Positions 27,339 through 36,330 are shown, numbered from the stretch's first letter. The stretch is 56,972 nt of DNA from Deltaproteobacteria bacterium (GCA_031401135.1 JANNRF010000394.1:1-56972), one strand, 5' to 3'. Notes: generated by a model from the letters alone, not told the origin. Translations and numbers: made by a program.

Positions 27339-28528
27339 GCTCGCCACGCTTCGCCAGGCATTATGCGCCGCATGAACTCGTCGAAGAGCGGCACCGTGAA
27401 TGCGGTGTCGCCGTGGTTCGGGCTCCAGATCATGCCCTTCGCGATCAGCTGGTTTCGCGTCGGGCCGAGCGAAGTCACCTTGCGCGCGAGCTGCAGAGCG
27501 ATGTCGCCCGAGCGGTGCGGCCCCGGCCCGAGCTCCGCCATCGCGCGCAGGTACTTCTTCTCGTTCTGCGTGAGCCGGTCGAAACGCACGCGGAAGAAAC
27601 TCTGGTCGAGCGCCGCGAGCGCCGTGATCGAGCCGGCCTCGACGTCGGCGAGTGTTATGGGCGAAGCCTTCGCGGCGTCCCAGGCGCGCTTGCCCCACTC
27701 CTGGAGGAAATAGGGGTAGCCGCGAGTTTCGCCGACGATGCGCGCGAGGGCCGCTTCGTCGAAGGCGATGCCGTGCGCGGCGGCCGGCTTCGCGAGCGCT
27801 CGCCGCGCCTCGGGCTCGGGCAGCGGCCCGATCTCGGAGAACTCGAACAGCCGCTCCGCGTACGATTTTGCCCTGCCTGTTAGGCCGCGCAGCTGGGGCA
27901 AGCCCGCGCCGACCAGCACGACGGGCAGCCTGCGCTGCGCGCAGCGATGCAGCGCCGTAATCAGTACCGCCAGCTGGGCTTCCTCCACGTACTGCAGTTC
28001 GTCGATGAACAGCGCGATCGCGCTGCCGGCTTGTTGGGCCGCTGCGCCCGCGGCTTCGAGCAGCGCCGCGAGGTCGTGCTCGAGATCGCCGCTGTCGGCG
28101 AGGCCAGGCTCGGGCTGCGCCTCCGGCAGCGTCAGCTCGATGTCGTCGTACTTCACGCGCAGCCCGGAGACGAAGCCCGCCAGCGCGCGCAGCGCACGCC
28201 GCGCGAGATCCTTCGCCGCCTCGGTCTGGCTGAGCCGTAACAGCGCGATGCGAAGTTCCGGCGCGAGCATGGCCGGCAGCGAGCGCCCTTCCGGCGCTTC
28301 GAGCTTGATCGTCTGCAGGCCGGAATCTTCCGCAGCGCCGCGCATCGCTTCGAGCAACACCGTCTTGCCCACGCCGCGCAGACCGACCATCAGCACGCTC
28401 TGCGCCGAGCTGCCGAGCCGGATCCGTTCCAGCGCAACGCGCACCTGTTCCCGCAACCCGTCCCGCCCCGCGAGTTCGGGCGGCGGTGTCCCCGCGCCAG
28501 GCGCGAAAGGGTTGTTGACCGGGTCCAT
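27335..28528 (-). CDS. AAA-family ATP-binding protein (AAA_16-like, C-terminal winged helix)
   Basis: NPFAPGAG.PP.LAGRD, Walker A GLRGVGKT, Walker B LFIDELQ, GYPYFLQ; stop overlaps the recQ ATG. Confidence 0.9.
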   Translation of the reverse strand: MDPVNNPFAPGAGTPPPELAGRDGLREQVRVALERIRLGSSAQSVLMVGLRGVGKTVLLEAMRGAAEDSGLQTIKLEAPEGRSLPAMLAPELRIALLRLSQTEAAKDLARRALRALAGFVSGLRVKYDDIELTLPEAQPEPGLADSGDLEHDLAALLEAAGAAAQQAGSAIALFIDELQYVEEAQLAVLITALHRCAQRRLPVVLVGAGLPQLRGLTGRAKSYAERLFEFSEIGPLPEPEARRALAKPAAAHGIAFDEAALARIVGETRGYPYFLQEWGKRAWDAAKASPITLADVEAGSITALAALDQSFFRVRFDRLTQNEKKYLRAMAELGPGPHRSGDIALQLARKVTSLGPTRNQLIAKGMIWSPNHGDTAFTVPLFDEFMRRIMPGEAWRA

Positions 28529-28534
28529 GCCCGT

Positions 28535-28598
28535 GAAGTTATTCGGAGTTTAGTAAGTTTACAAGATCGAGATAAATCTCGAAAACTCGATATAAATC
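28535..28598 (-). promoter_or_regulatory. AT-rich promoter/operator of the AAA ATPase gene
   Basis: Palindrome TCGAGAT-AA-ATCTCGA (28567-28582); direct repeat TCGA(G/T)ATAAATC at 28567 and 28587; two TAAACT hexamers on the minus strand. Confidence 0.5.
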
Positions 28599-28633
28599 GC
28601 CTCGCGGGCGCTGCAGGAGGCCCGGCACCGCGT

Positions 28634-28882
28634 TCAGGCCAAGCTGAGAAGCCAACGCAACCCGGTCACGAGCGCGACGTACCCGGAGGCGATCGCAACG
28701 CTCGCGCCCACGCCGCGGGTGATCGCGGCTGAGCGCGAAGCTCGCGCGGGGCGGGCGTTCTCCGGCAAGCCGTCGCGTCGCGGCCCCGGTTTCCCCGCCC
28801 GCCGCCGCTCGGCGCAGATCGCCGCCCGCACCACCTTCACGCTGTTCGCGCAGTTCACGCCGTCGTAGCTCGCACTCGCCAT
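28634..28882 (-). CDS. Hypothetical 82-aa protein or gene remnant
   Basis: AAGGAG 6 nt before the ATG, GC3-rich first codons, hydrophobic C-terminus; no family recognised. Confidence 0.35.
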   Translation of the reverse strand: MASASYDGVNCANSVKVVRAAICAERRRAGKPGPRRDGLPENARPARASRSAAITRGVGASVAIASGYVALVTGLRWLLSLA

Positions 28883-29014
28883 CGCTCGCTCCTTTGTGGG
28901 GACCGAGGAGCAGCTTGCAGCGCGGATGTGTCAGCGGCGGTCACACCTCGGCAGCGCACGGGCGAGTTCGCTGGATCCGCGCGGGCGCAGCTGCAATTCG
29001 AGCGCGCCCCGCGC

Positions 29015-29323
29015 TCACGCCGCGCCGCGCTTGCACCGCTTTTTCTTGCCCGCGCCCAGCATGTGCGCGCGCAGCACCGCGTTGATGCGCGCGTTCGGTT
29101 TGGGCCCCTGGCGCTCGAACCAAGCGACCACGTCGATGTCGATGGGCACCACGCATTCGTCGCCCGGCTCCGGCTGCACGACGCGGGCGTTCTTGAAGAA
29201 GTCCGAGGGAAGATCGCGCAGCTCGGGCGGGGAGGTGCGCATGATGTCCTCCTCCGTCATCGCGTCCATCTTCGCGAAGTCTGCACGGCCTCGGCTGGGT
29301 CTCTCAAGCCTTCTCGCCTTCAT
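29015..29323 (-). CDS. BrnA-family antitoxin
   Basis: D.MTEEDI, DFFKNA and IDIDVVAWFERQG....RINAVLRAHM RHH pattern; overlaps the end of the brnT fragment. Confidence 0.82.
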   Translation of the reverse strand: MKARRLERPSRGRADFAKMDAMTEEDIMRTSPPELRDLPSDFFKNARVVQPEPGDECVVPIDIDVVAWFERQGPKPNARINAVLRAHMLGAGKKKRCKRGAA

Positions 29324-29531
29324 AGTACGCCTGTCGCTCACTTCGATTGCTCCTTCGCGCCGAGATGATTCGCCGAACACTCTCGCCCCGGCTCCCGATC
29401 CTGTCGGTATAGACGACCGTCAAGGTACGCCCGTCGGCCACGCCTACGGCGGCGATTCGACGTTCGCCGTAGTCGCGGCGCGTATCGTGCCTTTCCAATG
29501 TGCGGCTCCGGAAGACGAGCGTCGCGAACTC
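29304..29531 (-). pseudogene. BrnT-family toxin, 5'-truncated
   Basis: EFATLVF...DTRRDYGERRIAAVG....LTVVYTDR...RRIISARRSNRSERQAY; lacks the N-terminal FEWD..K..N..KH segment. Confidence 0.8.
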
Positions 29532-29780
29532 GACCCCGGCTGCGCGCACTCGCGCGCGAAGAAAGAAAACCCGCAGTGCAACGACGGGCTCGACAACGAC
29601 GCCGACACGCTGATCGACTTCCCCTTCGACACGAACTGCGCCACCGCCACCGGCACGAACGAAGCGCCGCCTCCTCCGCCAGGCGGCGGCGGCTGCGGCA
29701 TCGGCCCCGAACTCGCCGCGCTCCTGCCACTGCTCGCGTGGGCACGCAGAAGGCGGCACGCGTCTTCTCGGTTCGAGTGA
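29532..29780 (+). pseudogene. 3' fragment of a surface protein (Cys/Asp-rich repeat plus C-terminal sorting signal)
   Basis: DPGC...PQCNDGLDNDADTLIDFPFDTNC...PPPPPGGGGCGIGPELAALLPLLAWARRRR; no plausible start, and the upstream frame is antisense brnT. Confidence 0.75.
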
Positions 29781-29783
29781 GGC

Positions 29784-30290
29784 TTAGCTCCGTTCGCGAA
29801 TCAGCTCCGCGAGCTTGCGCAGCGCCGGCAACACGGCTCGGTCCTTCTCGCGGTTCGCGGCTTCCTTGGAGCGGATCACGTCGGCGAGGGCGGCCAGCAC
29901 AACGCGGTTGCCGTGGATGTTGAGTTCCACCGCATTAGCCCGCAGGTCCGGGTAGCCGCGGGTTCCGGCGGGCTCGAAGCTGATTTCCATGTCGCCGTAC
30001 TTCGTCACCAGATTCAGCATCGCGACGCCGCGCAAGAGCGCGGGCGAGCGGTCGAAGGCAAGGCCTTCGGGCACGGTGTGAGTTCGGATGCGCGCCTCGA
30101 GCTCGACCATCGCCGCGGCGAGACGCACGAGATTCTGGGCGTCACGGCTCGGTGTGATATCGGCGTCATTTGTCGTGTGGATCGCACCGTGGAGCATGGC
30201 CGCGAGGCCGCCGATCAATACGTAGTCGACGCGATGCTTGTCGAGCACCCCGAGAATCGCGTCCGGGTCGAACTGAGCCGAGTCAGCCAC
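29784..30290 (-). CDS. Nucleotidyltransferase-fold protein
   Basis: VDYVLIGGLAAMLHG...TNDADI and C-terminal SKEAANREKD, typical of stand-alone nucleotidyltransferases in TA-like pairs. Confidence 0.82.
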   Translation of the reverse strand: MADSAQFDPDAILGVLDKHRVDYVLIGGLAAMLHGAIHTTNDADITPSRDAQNLVRLAAAMVELEARIRTHTVPEGLAFDRSPALLRGVAMLNLVTKYGDMEISFEPAGTRGYPDLRANAVELNIHGNRVVLAALADVIRSKEAANREKDRAVLPALRKLAELIRERS

Positions 30291-30474
30291 GCTTACGAGC
30301 GAGCGCTGCTCGCCCGGCCTGGATGAAGCGAACGATCCGAACGAGCTGTTCCATCCGCTGCTCGGGCGTGAGGCGGAGGTTTTGCTCGATCAGCGAGACG
30401 TCATGCGGGTCGAGCGGGGTGGAAGGCTTCGCTTCCGTAGGGCCGACCGACTCGCCGTGTGTGTCATTCGCCAT
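30283..30474 (-). CDS. Small partner protein of the nucleotidyltransferase (antitoxin-like)
   Basis: 63 aa with DVSLIEQNLRLTPEQR; overlaps the NTase start. Confidence 0.7.
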   Translation of the reverse strand: MANDTHGESVGPTEAKPSTPLDPHDVSLIEQNLRLTPEQRMEQLVRIVRFIQAGRAALARKRG

Positions 30475-30513
30475 GCGACCCAACCTAGCACCGCGCCTCG
30501 CGCGCTCGGCGCT

Positions 30514-31677
30514 TCACTTCCTCAAAAACCCCACCACCTCGCTCACCACTCGCTCGACCTGCGCAGCGCTCAGCTCGGGGAAGATCGGCAGCGCGAGGGT
30601 TTCCTGCGCGGCGGCCTCGGACTCAGGCAGATCCCCCACCTGATAACCGTGCTCGGCGAAGCACGGCTGCATGTGGAGCGGCTTCGGGTAGTAGATGCTG
30701 GTGCCGATGCCCTGCGCGCCTAAGTGCTCCTTCAGCGCATCGCGCTTCGCGGCGGGCACACGCACGACGTACTGGTTCCAGACGTGGCGCGCGGGCTTCG
30801 CGTGCTGCGCGGGGGTGCGCAGCGCGAGGCCACCTTCCGTGAGCGGGGTGCGCGAGTCCGCTGCGCCTTCGCTCGCGAACAGCGCGTCGTACTGGGAGGC
30901 GGCGCGGGCGCGACCATCGTTCCAGGTATCGAGGTGCGGCAGTTTCACGCGCAGCACGGCGGCCTGCAGCGTGTCGAGGCGCGAGTTCATCCCCACTTCG
31001 TCGTGGAAGTATTCCCGCGCGGCGCCGTGCGTGCGGAGCCTCCTCAAGTGCGCGGCTTGCTCGGCGTCGTCGCTGGTGAGGGCGCCGCCGTCTCCGTAAC
31101 AACCGAGGTTCTTGGAAGGGTAGAAGCTGAAGCAGGCGAGTCCGTCGCTCCCCGTTCTCTGGCCGCGCGCACCGACAGCGCCAATCGCCTGCGCCGCATC
31201 GTGAACGACGTGCGCGCGCTTTGCCCGAGCCGCGTCCTCGACGCTCGGGTCGCAGGCCTGCCCAAACAAGTGCACGGGGATCACGGCGTTTACTCGCTTT
31301 CCGGCCAGCGCCCGCTCCAATGTGTCCGCCGTCATGCAGAAAGTCGCTGGGTCGATGTCCGTGAACACGATGCGCGCGCCGAGGCGTGCGATCGCGCTGG
31401 CGGTGGCGAAAAACGTGTAGGTCGGACACGCCACGGCGTCGCCCCGCTTCACACCCAACGCCAATAGCGCGAGTAGCAACGCATCGGAACCCGAAGCGCA
31501 CGCGACGCCGTGCCGTGCCCCGCAATAATCGGCGAACTCGCGCTCGAACATGCCGACTTCGGGGCCGAGGATGAAGCGCTGCTCGGAGAGCACCTTGTTA
31601 ATGGCGGCGGCGAGCTCGTGCTCGAGCGCCTCGTACTGGAGCTTCAGGTCGAGCTGCGGAATTTGCGCTGGCTGCAT
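30514..31677 (-). CDS. DegT/DnrJ/EryC1/StrS family sugar aminotransferase
   Basis: FILGPEV, SGSDAL, TFFATA, DAAQA, SFYPSKNLG (PLP Lys) and NSRLDTLQAA. Confidence 0.95.
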   Translation of the reverse strand: MQPAQIPQLDLKLQYEALEHELAAAINKVLSEQRFILGPEVGMFEREFADYCGARHGVACASGSDALLLALLALGVKRGDAVACPTYTFFATASAIARLGARIVFTDIDPATFCMTADTLERALAGKRVNAVIPVHLFGQACDPSVEDAARAKRAHVVHDAAQAIGAVGARGQRTGSDGLACFSFYPSKNLGCYGDGGALTSDDAEQAAHLRRLRTHGAAREYFHDEVGMNSRLDTLQAAVLRVKLPHLDTWNDGRARAASQYDALFASEGAADSRTPLTEGGLALRTPAQHAKPARHVWNQYVVRVPAAKRDALKEHLGAQGIGTSIYYPKPLHMQPCFAEHGYQVGDLPESEAAAQETLALPIFPELSAAQVERVVSEVVGFLRK

Positions 31678-31704
31678 GGGTCTGCCCGTCCTCGTGGCCT
31701 TCGA

Positions 31705-33711
31705 CTACTGGACGTAACCGAGCGCGCGCAGCTGCTCTAGCGCTTCTTCGTCGAGTTCTGCACTGGGCCGGCCAGGGATCCGGAAAACTGTCCGCGCTGC
31801 CGCCGCCCGCTCTCGCCAAACACGCTCTGCATCGTCTGCCGCGACAATCGCCGCTCCGGTATCGAGGAGGGGATGCTGCTCCTTGGGATCGGCGCTGAGG
31901 TCGAAGACGGTGCGCTGGCCCGAGGCCACGTTGCGAATCACCTTCCAATGCTCGTACACGACCGAAACCTGCGCGTCGAAGTAGAGCATGCCGGTGCTCA
32001 CAGCGGCCGGGTTCTCGCCCGCAGTGCCAGGCGCTCGCCACAGGCGCACGAGCGACGGCGCGATCGCAGCGCCATCCGGTATCGGCAATCGCATCAGCTC
32101 CAGAATCGAGGCGGGGATTTGCTCGGTTGAGACTGGCGTCGGCACGACACCGCGCTCGCTCGCGCCGGGCAGCCGGATCGCGAGCGGCACGCGGATCGAC
32201 TCGTCGTACAGGGCATGCCCATGCTGCGTCGCGCCATGATCCCAGAACTCCTCGCCGTGGTCGCTCGAGAGCACGATCACGCAGCGCTGGTCGAGGCCCG
32301 CGTCGCGGACGGCGGCGAGAAGACGCCCAATACTCGCGTCCACCCAGCGCAGCTCCCCGTCATATAGAGCGCGGATCCAGCGGCGTTCATCGGCACTCGG
32401 GATGAACAAGCCCGTTCGCACATCGTCGCCGCGTTTCCATTCCGCGCCGATCCGCGCGGGCGCGGGCCCAGGGGGCTGGTACTCCGCCGGCGGGTGGTAG
32501 TTCATGTGGGGATCGAGGTAGTGGATCCAGAAGAAGAACGACTCGTCGCGCAGCGCTTCGATTTGCGAGATGGCTCGCTCGGTGAGCAAGTCGGTCCGTC
32601 CGTCGAGCTGGTGCAAGCCGATGCGCCGCGAGAGTTCGGCGCCGAGCGAATCGCCGATTCGTTCGTGCGGAAAAAAGTCGTAGCGCTGGAAGCCCTGTCC
32701 GAAGCCGAACTCGGCGCCGACGTTGGTGTTGTCGCCGAGCGCAGAAGTCGCGAAGCCGGCCGTGGCGAAGCGCTCCGCGAGCGTCTCGACCTCGGGCGGC
32801 AGGACCGCCTCGATCTGCTCAACGCCGTGCGCCGGAACCGAGAGCCCGGTGTGCATCGACGCGAACGCTGGCCGCGTCCACGGCGCAGCGGAGCGCGCCT
32901 GGCTGAAGACGATGCTCTCGCCGAGCAGCGCGTCCAAGTTCGGATGCTCCGCCGCCGCCGGGTCGTACGCGCGGAGGGCATCTGCGCGGAGCGTGTCGAT
33001 CGTCAATAAGATCGTGCAGTTCTTCGGCCCGCTGTCCGCGGGCATGCGGTCGAAGGCTCGCTCTTCCCGAGCGCCGAGGCCGAGGGCGGCCACCAGCGCA
33101 GCGGCGCTTACCGTTGGCACCAGCGAGCCGCGCCGAACGCGCGCGAAGCCAGCGCCAAAGATCACGCACGAGAGCGCCCAGCCGCCCGTCGCAGCTAGGC
33201 CGAGCGGCGAGCGCCAGGGGCCGATCGCATAAAGGTGGGCCCATGCGGTGAAGCCGGTTGCGAGCGCGATCCAGGGCGCCGCGTGAACGAGGCCTGCGCC
33301 AGCTTCAAAGCGGCCTCTCCGGAGCGCGAGCAGGTTCGACGCTCTCGCAGCAGCGATACCGCTCGCGAGTGCCGCGACGCTGACGCAGGCGGCCTCGATC
33401 GCGCCGCCCCCGATCCAGATCGGCACAAACGCGAATGCGACCACAGCTGCGACCGAAGCGCCGAATGCGCAGCCTTCCGCCGAGCCGCGGCGGCGCGCAA
33501 CAATCGCAGCGCCGAACGCGCAGATGGCGGCGGTGGCCGCGGTCGATAACCAGAACGTCCAGAGCAACCACGGCACACTCACTAGGCCCTGCGGGCGCTC
33601 CAGCAGGCCGACAGTGAAGTTGAGCGCGCCGCTCGTGATCGAGACGGACAGCCATACCCCGAATGGGGAGAATCGCGCCGGGCCCATTCCGTCTGCTTGC
33701 TTGAAGCCCAC
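31705..33711 (-). CDS. Membrane-anchored sulfatase-like (alkaline phosphatase superfamily) hydrolase/transferase
   Basis: N-terminal multi-TM region; IDTLRAD, WTRPAFASMHTG, HYLDPH, SDHGEEF.DHG...HG and LRALGY; AGGAG before the GTG. Confidence 0.88.
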   Translation of the reverse strand: MGFKQADGMGPARFSPFGVWLSVSITSGALNFTVGLLERPQGLVSVPWLLWTFWLSTAATAAICAFGAAIVARRRGSAEGCAFGASVAAVVAFAFVPIWIGGGAIEAACVSVAALASGIAAARASNLLALRRGRFEAGAGLVHAAPWIALATGFTAWAHLYAIGPWRSPLGLAATGGWALSCVIFGAGFARVRRGSLVPTVSAAALVAALGLGAREERAFDRMPADSGPKNCTILLTIDTLRADALRAYDPAAAEHPNLDALLGESIVFSQARSAAPWTRPAFASMHTGLSVPAHGVEQIEAVLPPEVETLAERFATAGFATSALGDNTNVGAEFGFGQGFQRYDFFPHERIGDSLGAELSRRIGLHQLDGRTDLLTERAISQIEALRDESFFFWIHYLDPHMNYHPPAEYQPPGPAPARIGAEWKRGDDVRTGLFIPSADERRWIRALYDGELRWVDASIGRLLAAVRDAGLDQRCVIVLSSDHGEEFWDHGATQHGHALYDESIRVPLAIRLPGASERGVVPTPVSTEQIPASILELMRLPIPDGAAIAPSLVRLWRAPGTAGENPAAVSTGMLYFDAQVSVVYEHWKVIRNVASGQRTVFDLSADPKEQHPLLDTGAAIVAADDAERVWRERAAAARTVFRIPGRPSAELDEEALEQLRALGYVQ

Positions 33712-33764
33712 GCAACATCTCCTTGTCGGTCGTCGATGGCGGCATGATTCGCGCGCGCGAGAGC

Positions 33765-35474
33765 TCAGTCCTTGCTGAGATTCGCGATTCGTCGATAGAC
33801 CCGGATCGGCGGATTCACGGTGGGATAGTCGAGGGCGGGCGCCCCCGCGAAGGCGAACGGATCGGGTGTTTGAAACAATGCGACGCGGCGATAACCGAGT
33901 CCGCCTTGCTCGAGTGCCTGATACGAGGCCGGGGGGAGCACGCCGCTGTGGGGAAGCCCAAGGCTGGTGTGGTCCGGAATCACGATCACGAAACGAGGCG
34001 TGGCATCCGCCAACTCACGGGCGATGCGATCCGCGGCTGCTTGGTCGATTCTCGGCAGGTCGTACATGCCGCGGAACTCACCGAATCGGCGGCTCTCGAC
34101 GCTCGCAGGAAGCGGCGGGAGGTTTTGGGAAGCGCCGAAGAATCCCACGCGATCGCCGGGCTGTAGGTGCGTCGCGAGCCACGCGCCAGCTTCGTATCTC
34201 GAATCTCGCAGCATCTCGAACGAGAGCGACGCCCCGCGCGCCAGCGCTAGCGCTAGCGCTAGCGCGACTGCCAGCGCTCCCACATGCGAGACCCAGCGTA
34301 AGCGGTGGCTCTCTGCCATCCAGAGAGCGCGCGCGCCGAACGGCGCCAGCAGCAGCGCCGTGACCAGCGTGTATCGGAGGTGCGGCCCGCGCGCGAGCAG
34401 GAACATGTACACGCCGTAGCCGAGTGCGGGCAATAACAAGTAGCGGTCGGCGCGCCAAGCGCGGCGCAGCGAAGAGGCCACGCCCACAAGGACCAAACCG
34501 AGCCCGAGCGGGTTCAGACAGTCGATCAGTAGTGAGAACTCGATGCGTGCAAGGGCGGCATGTCCGGCGAGCGTGTAGGGGAAGCCCGGCGTCGCGCCGA
34601 CACCGCCCTGCGCGTGAATGATCACGCGCTCCGAGAGTTCGCGGATGTGCGCGAAGTAGCGGCCCGGATCGAGGAACAAGCCGCTGCCGAGCCCGAATGT
34701 CACGAAGCCCACTGCAAGCCCGCAGCCCGCTGCGCGCCAGAATGCGCCCGCGCTGGGGAGCGCGCGTGCCGCCGGCGGACGCTGTGCATTCAGCAGCAGC
34801 CCGAGAGCCATCCCGAGCAGCAAGCCGAGCGCCGACTCTTTGGTGGCGAGCGCGCAGCCTGCCCAGAGCCCGAGCCAGGCAGCTCGCCGGGGAGTCGTCC
34901 CGTCGGCGATGCAGCGCGCGTAACAGGCCAGTGCCAGGCTCGCGAAGGCGAGCAGCGCGATGTCTACGTTGCCGGTTCGCGCATAATAAAACATCGGAAA
35001 CACGGTCATCGCGAGAAGGGCCGCGATCAGCGCCGATTTCGCGCCCCAGGCGCAGCGCGCGGCCTCGTGGAGGCCGAGCACGCACACCACGCCCAGCAGG
35101 ACCGAGAGGAAGTGCGAGATCCAAGTCAACACCCGCAGGCTGCGCGCGGGATCTGCAAGGCCGTACGGGTATTCGGGCTGCGGCGCGCGAAGATCGCCGC
35201 TGAGCCACAGCGCGCCCAGATACGGCGTGTAGCTCGCGCCGACAAGGAGCGGATGCAGCATCGCGTAGCCGACGTTCTGTCCTTCGCGCGGCGCCACAAG
35301 CGCGTGGAGCTGTGCAAGCGAGCCGAGCGGGGTCTCGTCGTCCACGCCCCAAGCATGGGTTCGATCCGCGCGGGTTGCGTGTGGTGCACCCCACCAGAAG
35401 GCGGGCGCGTAAAGCAAGAAGGCGAGGAGGGCGACGACTACGCGGCCGTTCGCCGGCCATGCAGTGGCGCTCAT
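33765..35474 (-). CDS. ArnT/PMT-like GT-C membrane glycosyltransferase
   Basis: DDE in the first periplasmic loop, YYARTGNVD, ALATK, about 12 TM segments. Confidence 0.82.
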   Translation of the reverse strand: MSATAWPANGRVVVALLAFLLYAPAFWWGAPHATRADRTHAWGVDDETPLGSLAQLHALVAPREGQNVGYAMLHPLLVGASYTPYLGALWLSGDLRAPQPEYPYGLADPARSLRVLTWISHFLSVLLGVVCVLGLHEAARCAWGAKSALIAALLAMTVFPMFYYARTGNVDIALLAFASLALACYARCIADGTTPRRAAWLGLWAGCALATKESALGLLLGMALGLLLNAQRPPAARALPSAGAFWRAAGCGLAVGFVTFGLGSGLFLDPGRYFAHIRELSERVIIHAQGGVGATPGFPYTLAGHAALARIEFSLLIDCLNPLGLGLVLVGVASSLRRAWRADRYLLLPALGYGVYMFLLARGPHLRYTLVTALLLAPFGARALWMAESHRLRWVSHVGALAVALALALALARGASLSFEMLRDSRYEAGAWLATHLQPGDRVGFFGASQNLPPLPASVESRRFGEFRGMYDLPRIDQAAADRIARELADATPRFVIVIPDHTSLGLPHSGVLPPASYQALEQGGLGYRRVALFQTPDPFAFAGAPALDYPTVNPPIRVYRRIANLSKD

Positions 35475-36091
35475 GGCGCTGGCGGGCGTCGCGTCGGTTT
35501 CGGAAGGGCCGCCCGCATCGCCTCGAACCAGCTGATTGCCGGCACACCGAGCATCCTCGCGCCCGGCGCGACGTTCGTGAAAACGGCGGAGCAGGCCCCC
35601 ACTACCGCGCCGTCGCCCAGCGTCACGCCCGCTTTCACAAAACAATTCGAGGCGACCCACACATCGTTCCCCAGCACCACAGGTTTCACGCGATGCGAGG
35701 CCGGGTCCGTGTAGGCCTGCGTTCGTGACATCGTGCTGTGCTCGCGCGAGAGGATCACCGTGTTCGCGCCGATCGAGCAGTTGTCGCCGATCGTGACGCC
35801 GCCGTACGCCTCGATCAGCACGTTGCGTGTTGTCGTGAAGCCGCTGCCGATCGAGAGGTTGTAGCTGTGCGAGAGCGTGCAGCCGGGCCCGATCCAACAG
35901 AATCCGGCCAGGCGCTTGGTGGTCGCCTTGAGAAACAGGTAGCGGAGAAAGACGCCCTCGAAGCCTGGCAGCCCCCTAATCAGCCACCACAGATACTCCT
36001 CTGCGAAGCGGATGATCAGCTGTTTTGGCCGGTACGAAGAGAGCAGATGCCGCGCGTTCGGCAGCATCCAATGGCCGCGCGCCTCGCTCAT
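35471..36091 (-). CDS. Hexapeptide-repeat (LbH) acyltransferase
   Basis: VTIGDNCSIGANTVI..REH and VVLGNDVWV...GVTLGDGAVVGA...GVPA. Confidence 0.9.
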   Translation of the reverse strand: MSEARGHWMLPNARHLLSSYRPKQLIIRFAEEYLWWLIRGLPGFEGVFLRYLFLKATTKRLAGFCWIGPGCTLSHSYNLSIGSGFTTTRNVLIEAYGGVTIGDNCSIGANTVILSREHSTMSRTQAYTDPASHRVKPVVLGNDVWVASNCFVKAGVTLGDGAVVGACSAVFTNVAPGARMLGVPAISWFEAMRAALPKPTRRPPAP

Positions 36092-36330
36092 GCGCCCTTC
36101 GCGACGAGGGTCTGCACGATCTGCGGGATCGACAGCATCGCCATGATCTCCTCGTCCGTGAAGCGCAGCCCGAATTCTTCCTCGAGCGCGAGCACGAGGT
36201 TCATGTGGCTGAGCGAGTCCCAGGCTTCGAGCGTGTCGGGCGACACCTCGTCGTTCAGCGCGGCTCGCTCGACGTCCATGATGTCCATCATGGCCTGCAC
36301 GACTCGCCCACGAACATCCGCGTCACTCAT
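36088..36330 (-). CDS. Acyl carrier protein
   Basis: WDSLSHMNLVLALEEEFG phosphopantetheine motif. Confidence 0.93.
   Translation of the reverse strand: MSDADVRGRVVQAMMDIMDVERAALNDEVSPDTLEAWDSLSHMNLVLALEEEFGLRFTDEEIMAMLSIPQIVQTLVAKGA

Noticed and set aside
28896-29780. 294-aa plus-strand ORF as a real gene
   Set aside because: The first ~210 codons are the antisense of brnA/brnT; only the part from 29532 looks like protein.
34243-34265. (AGCGCT)x3-4 tandem repeat as a phase-variation tract
   Set aside because: The unit is 6 nt and in frame, encoding LALALA in a TM helix; slippage would not switch the gene.
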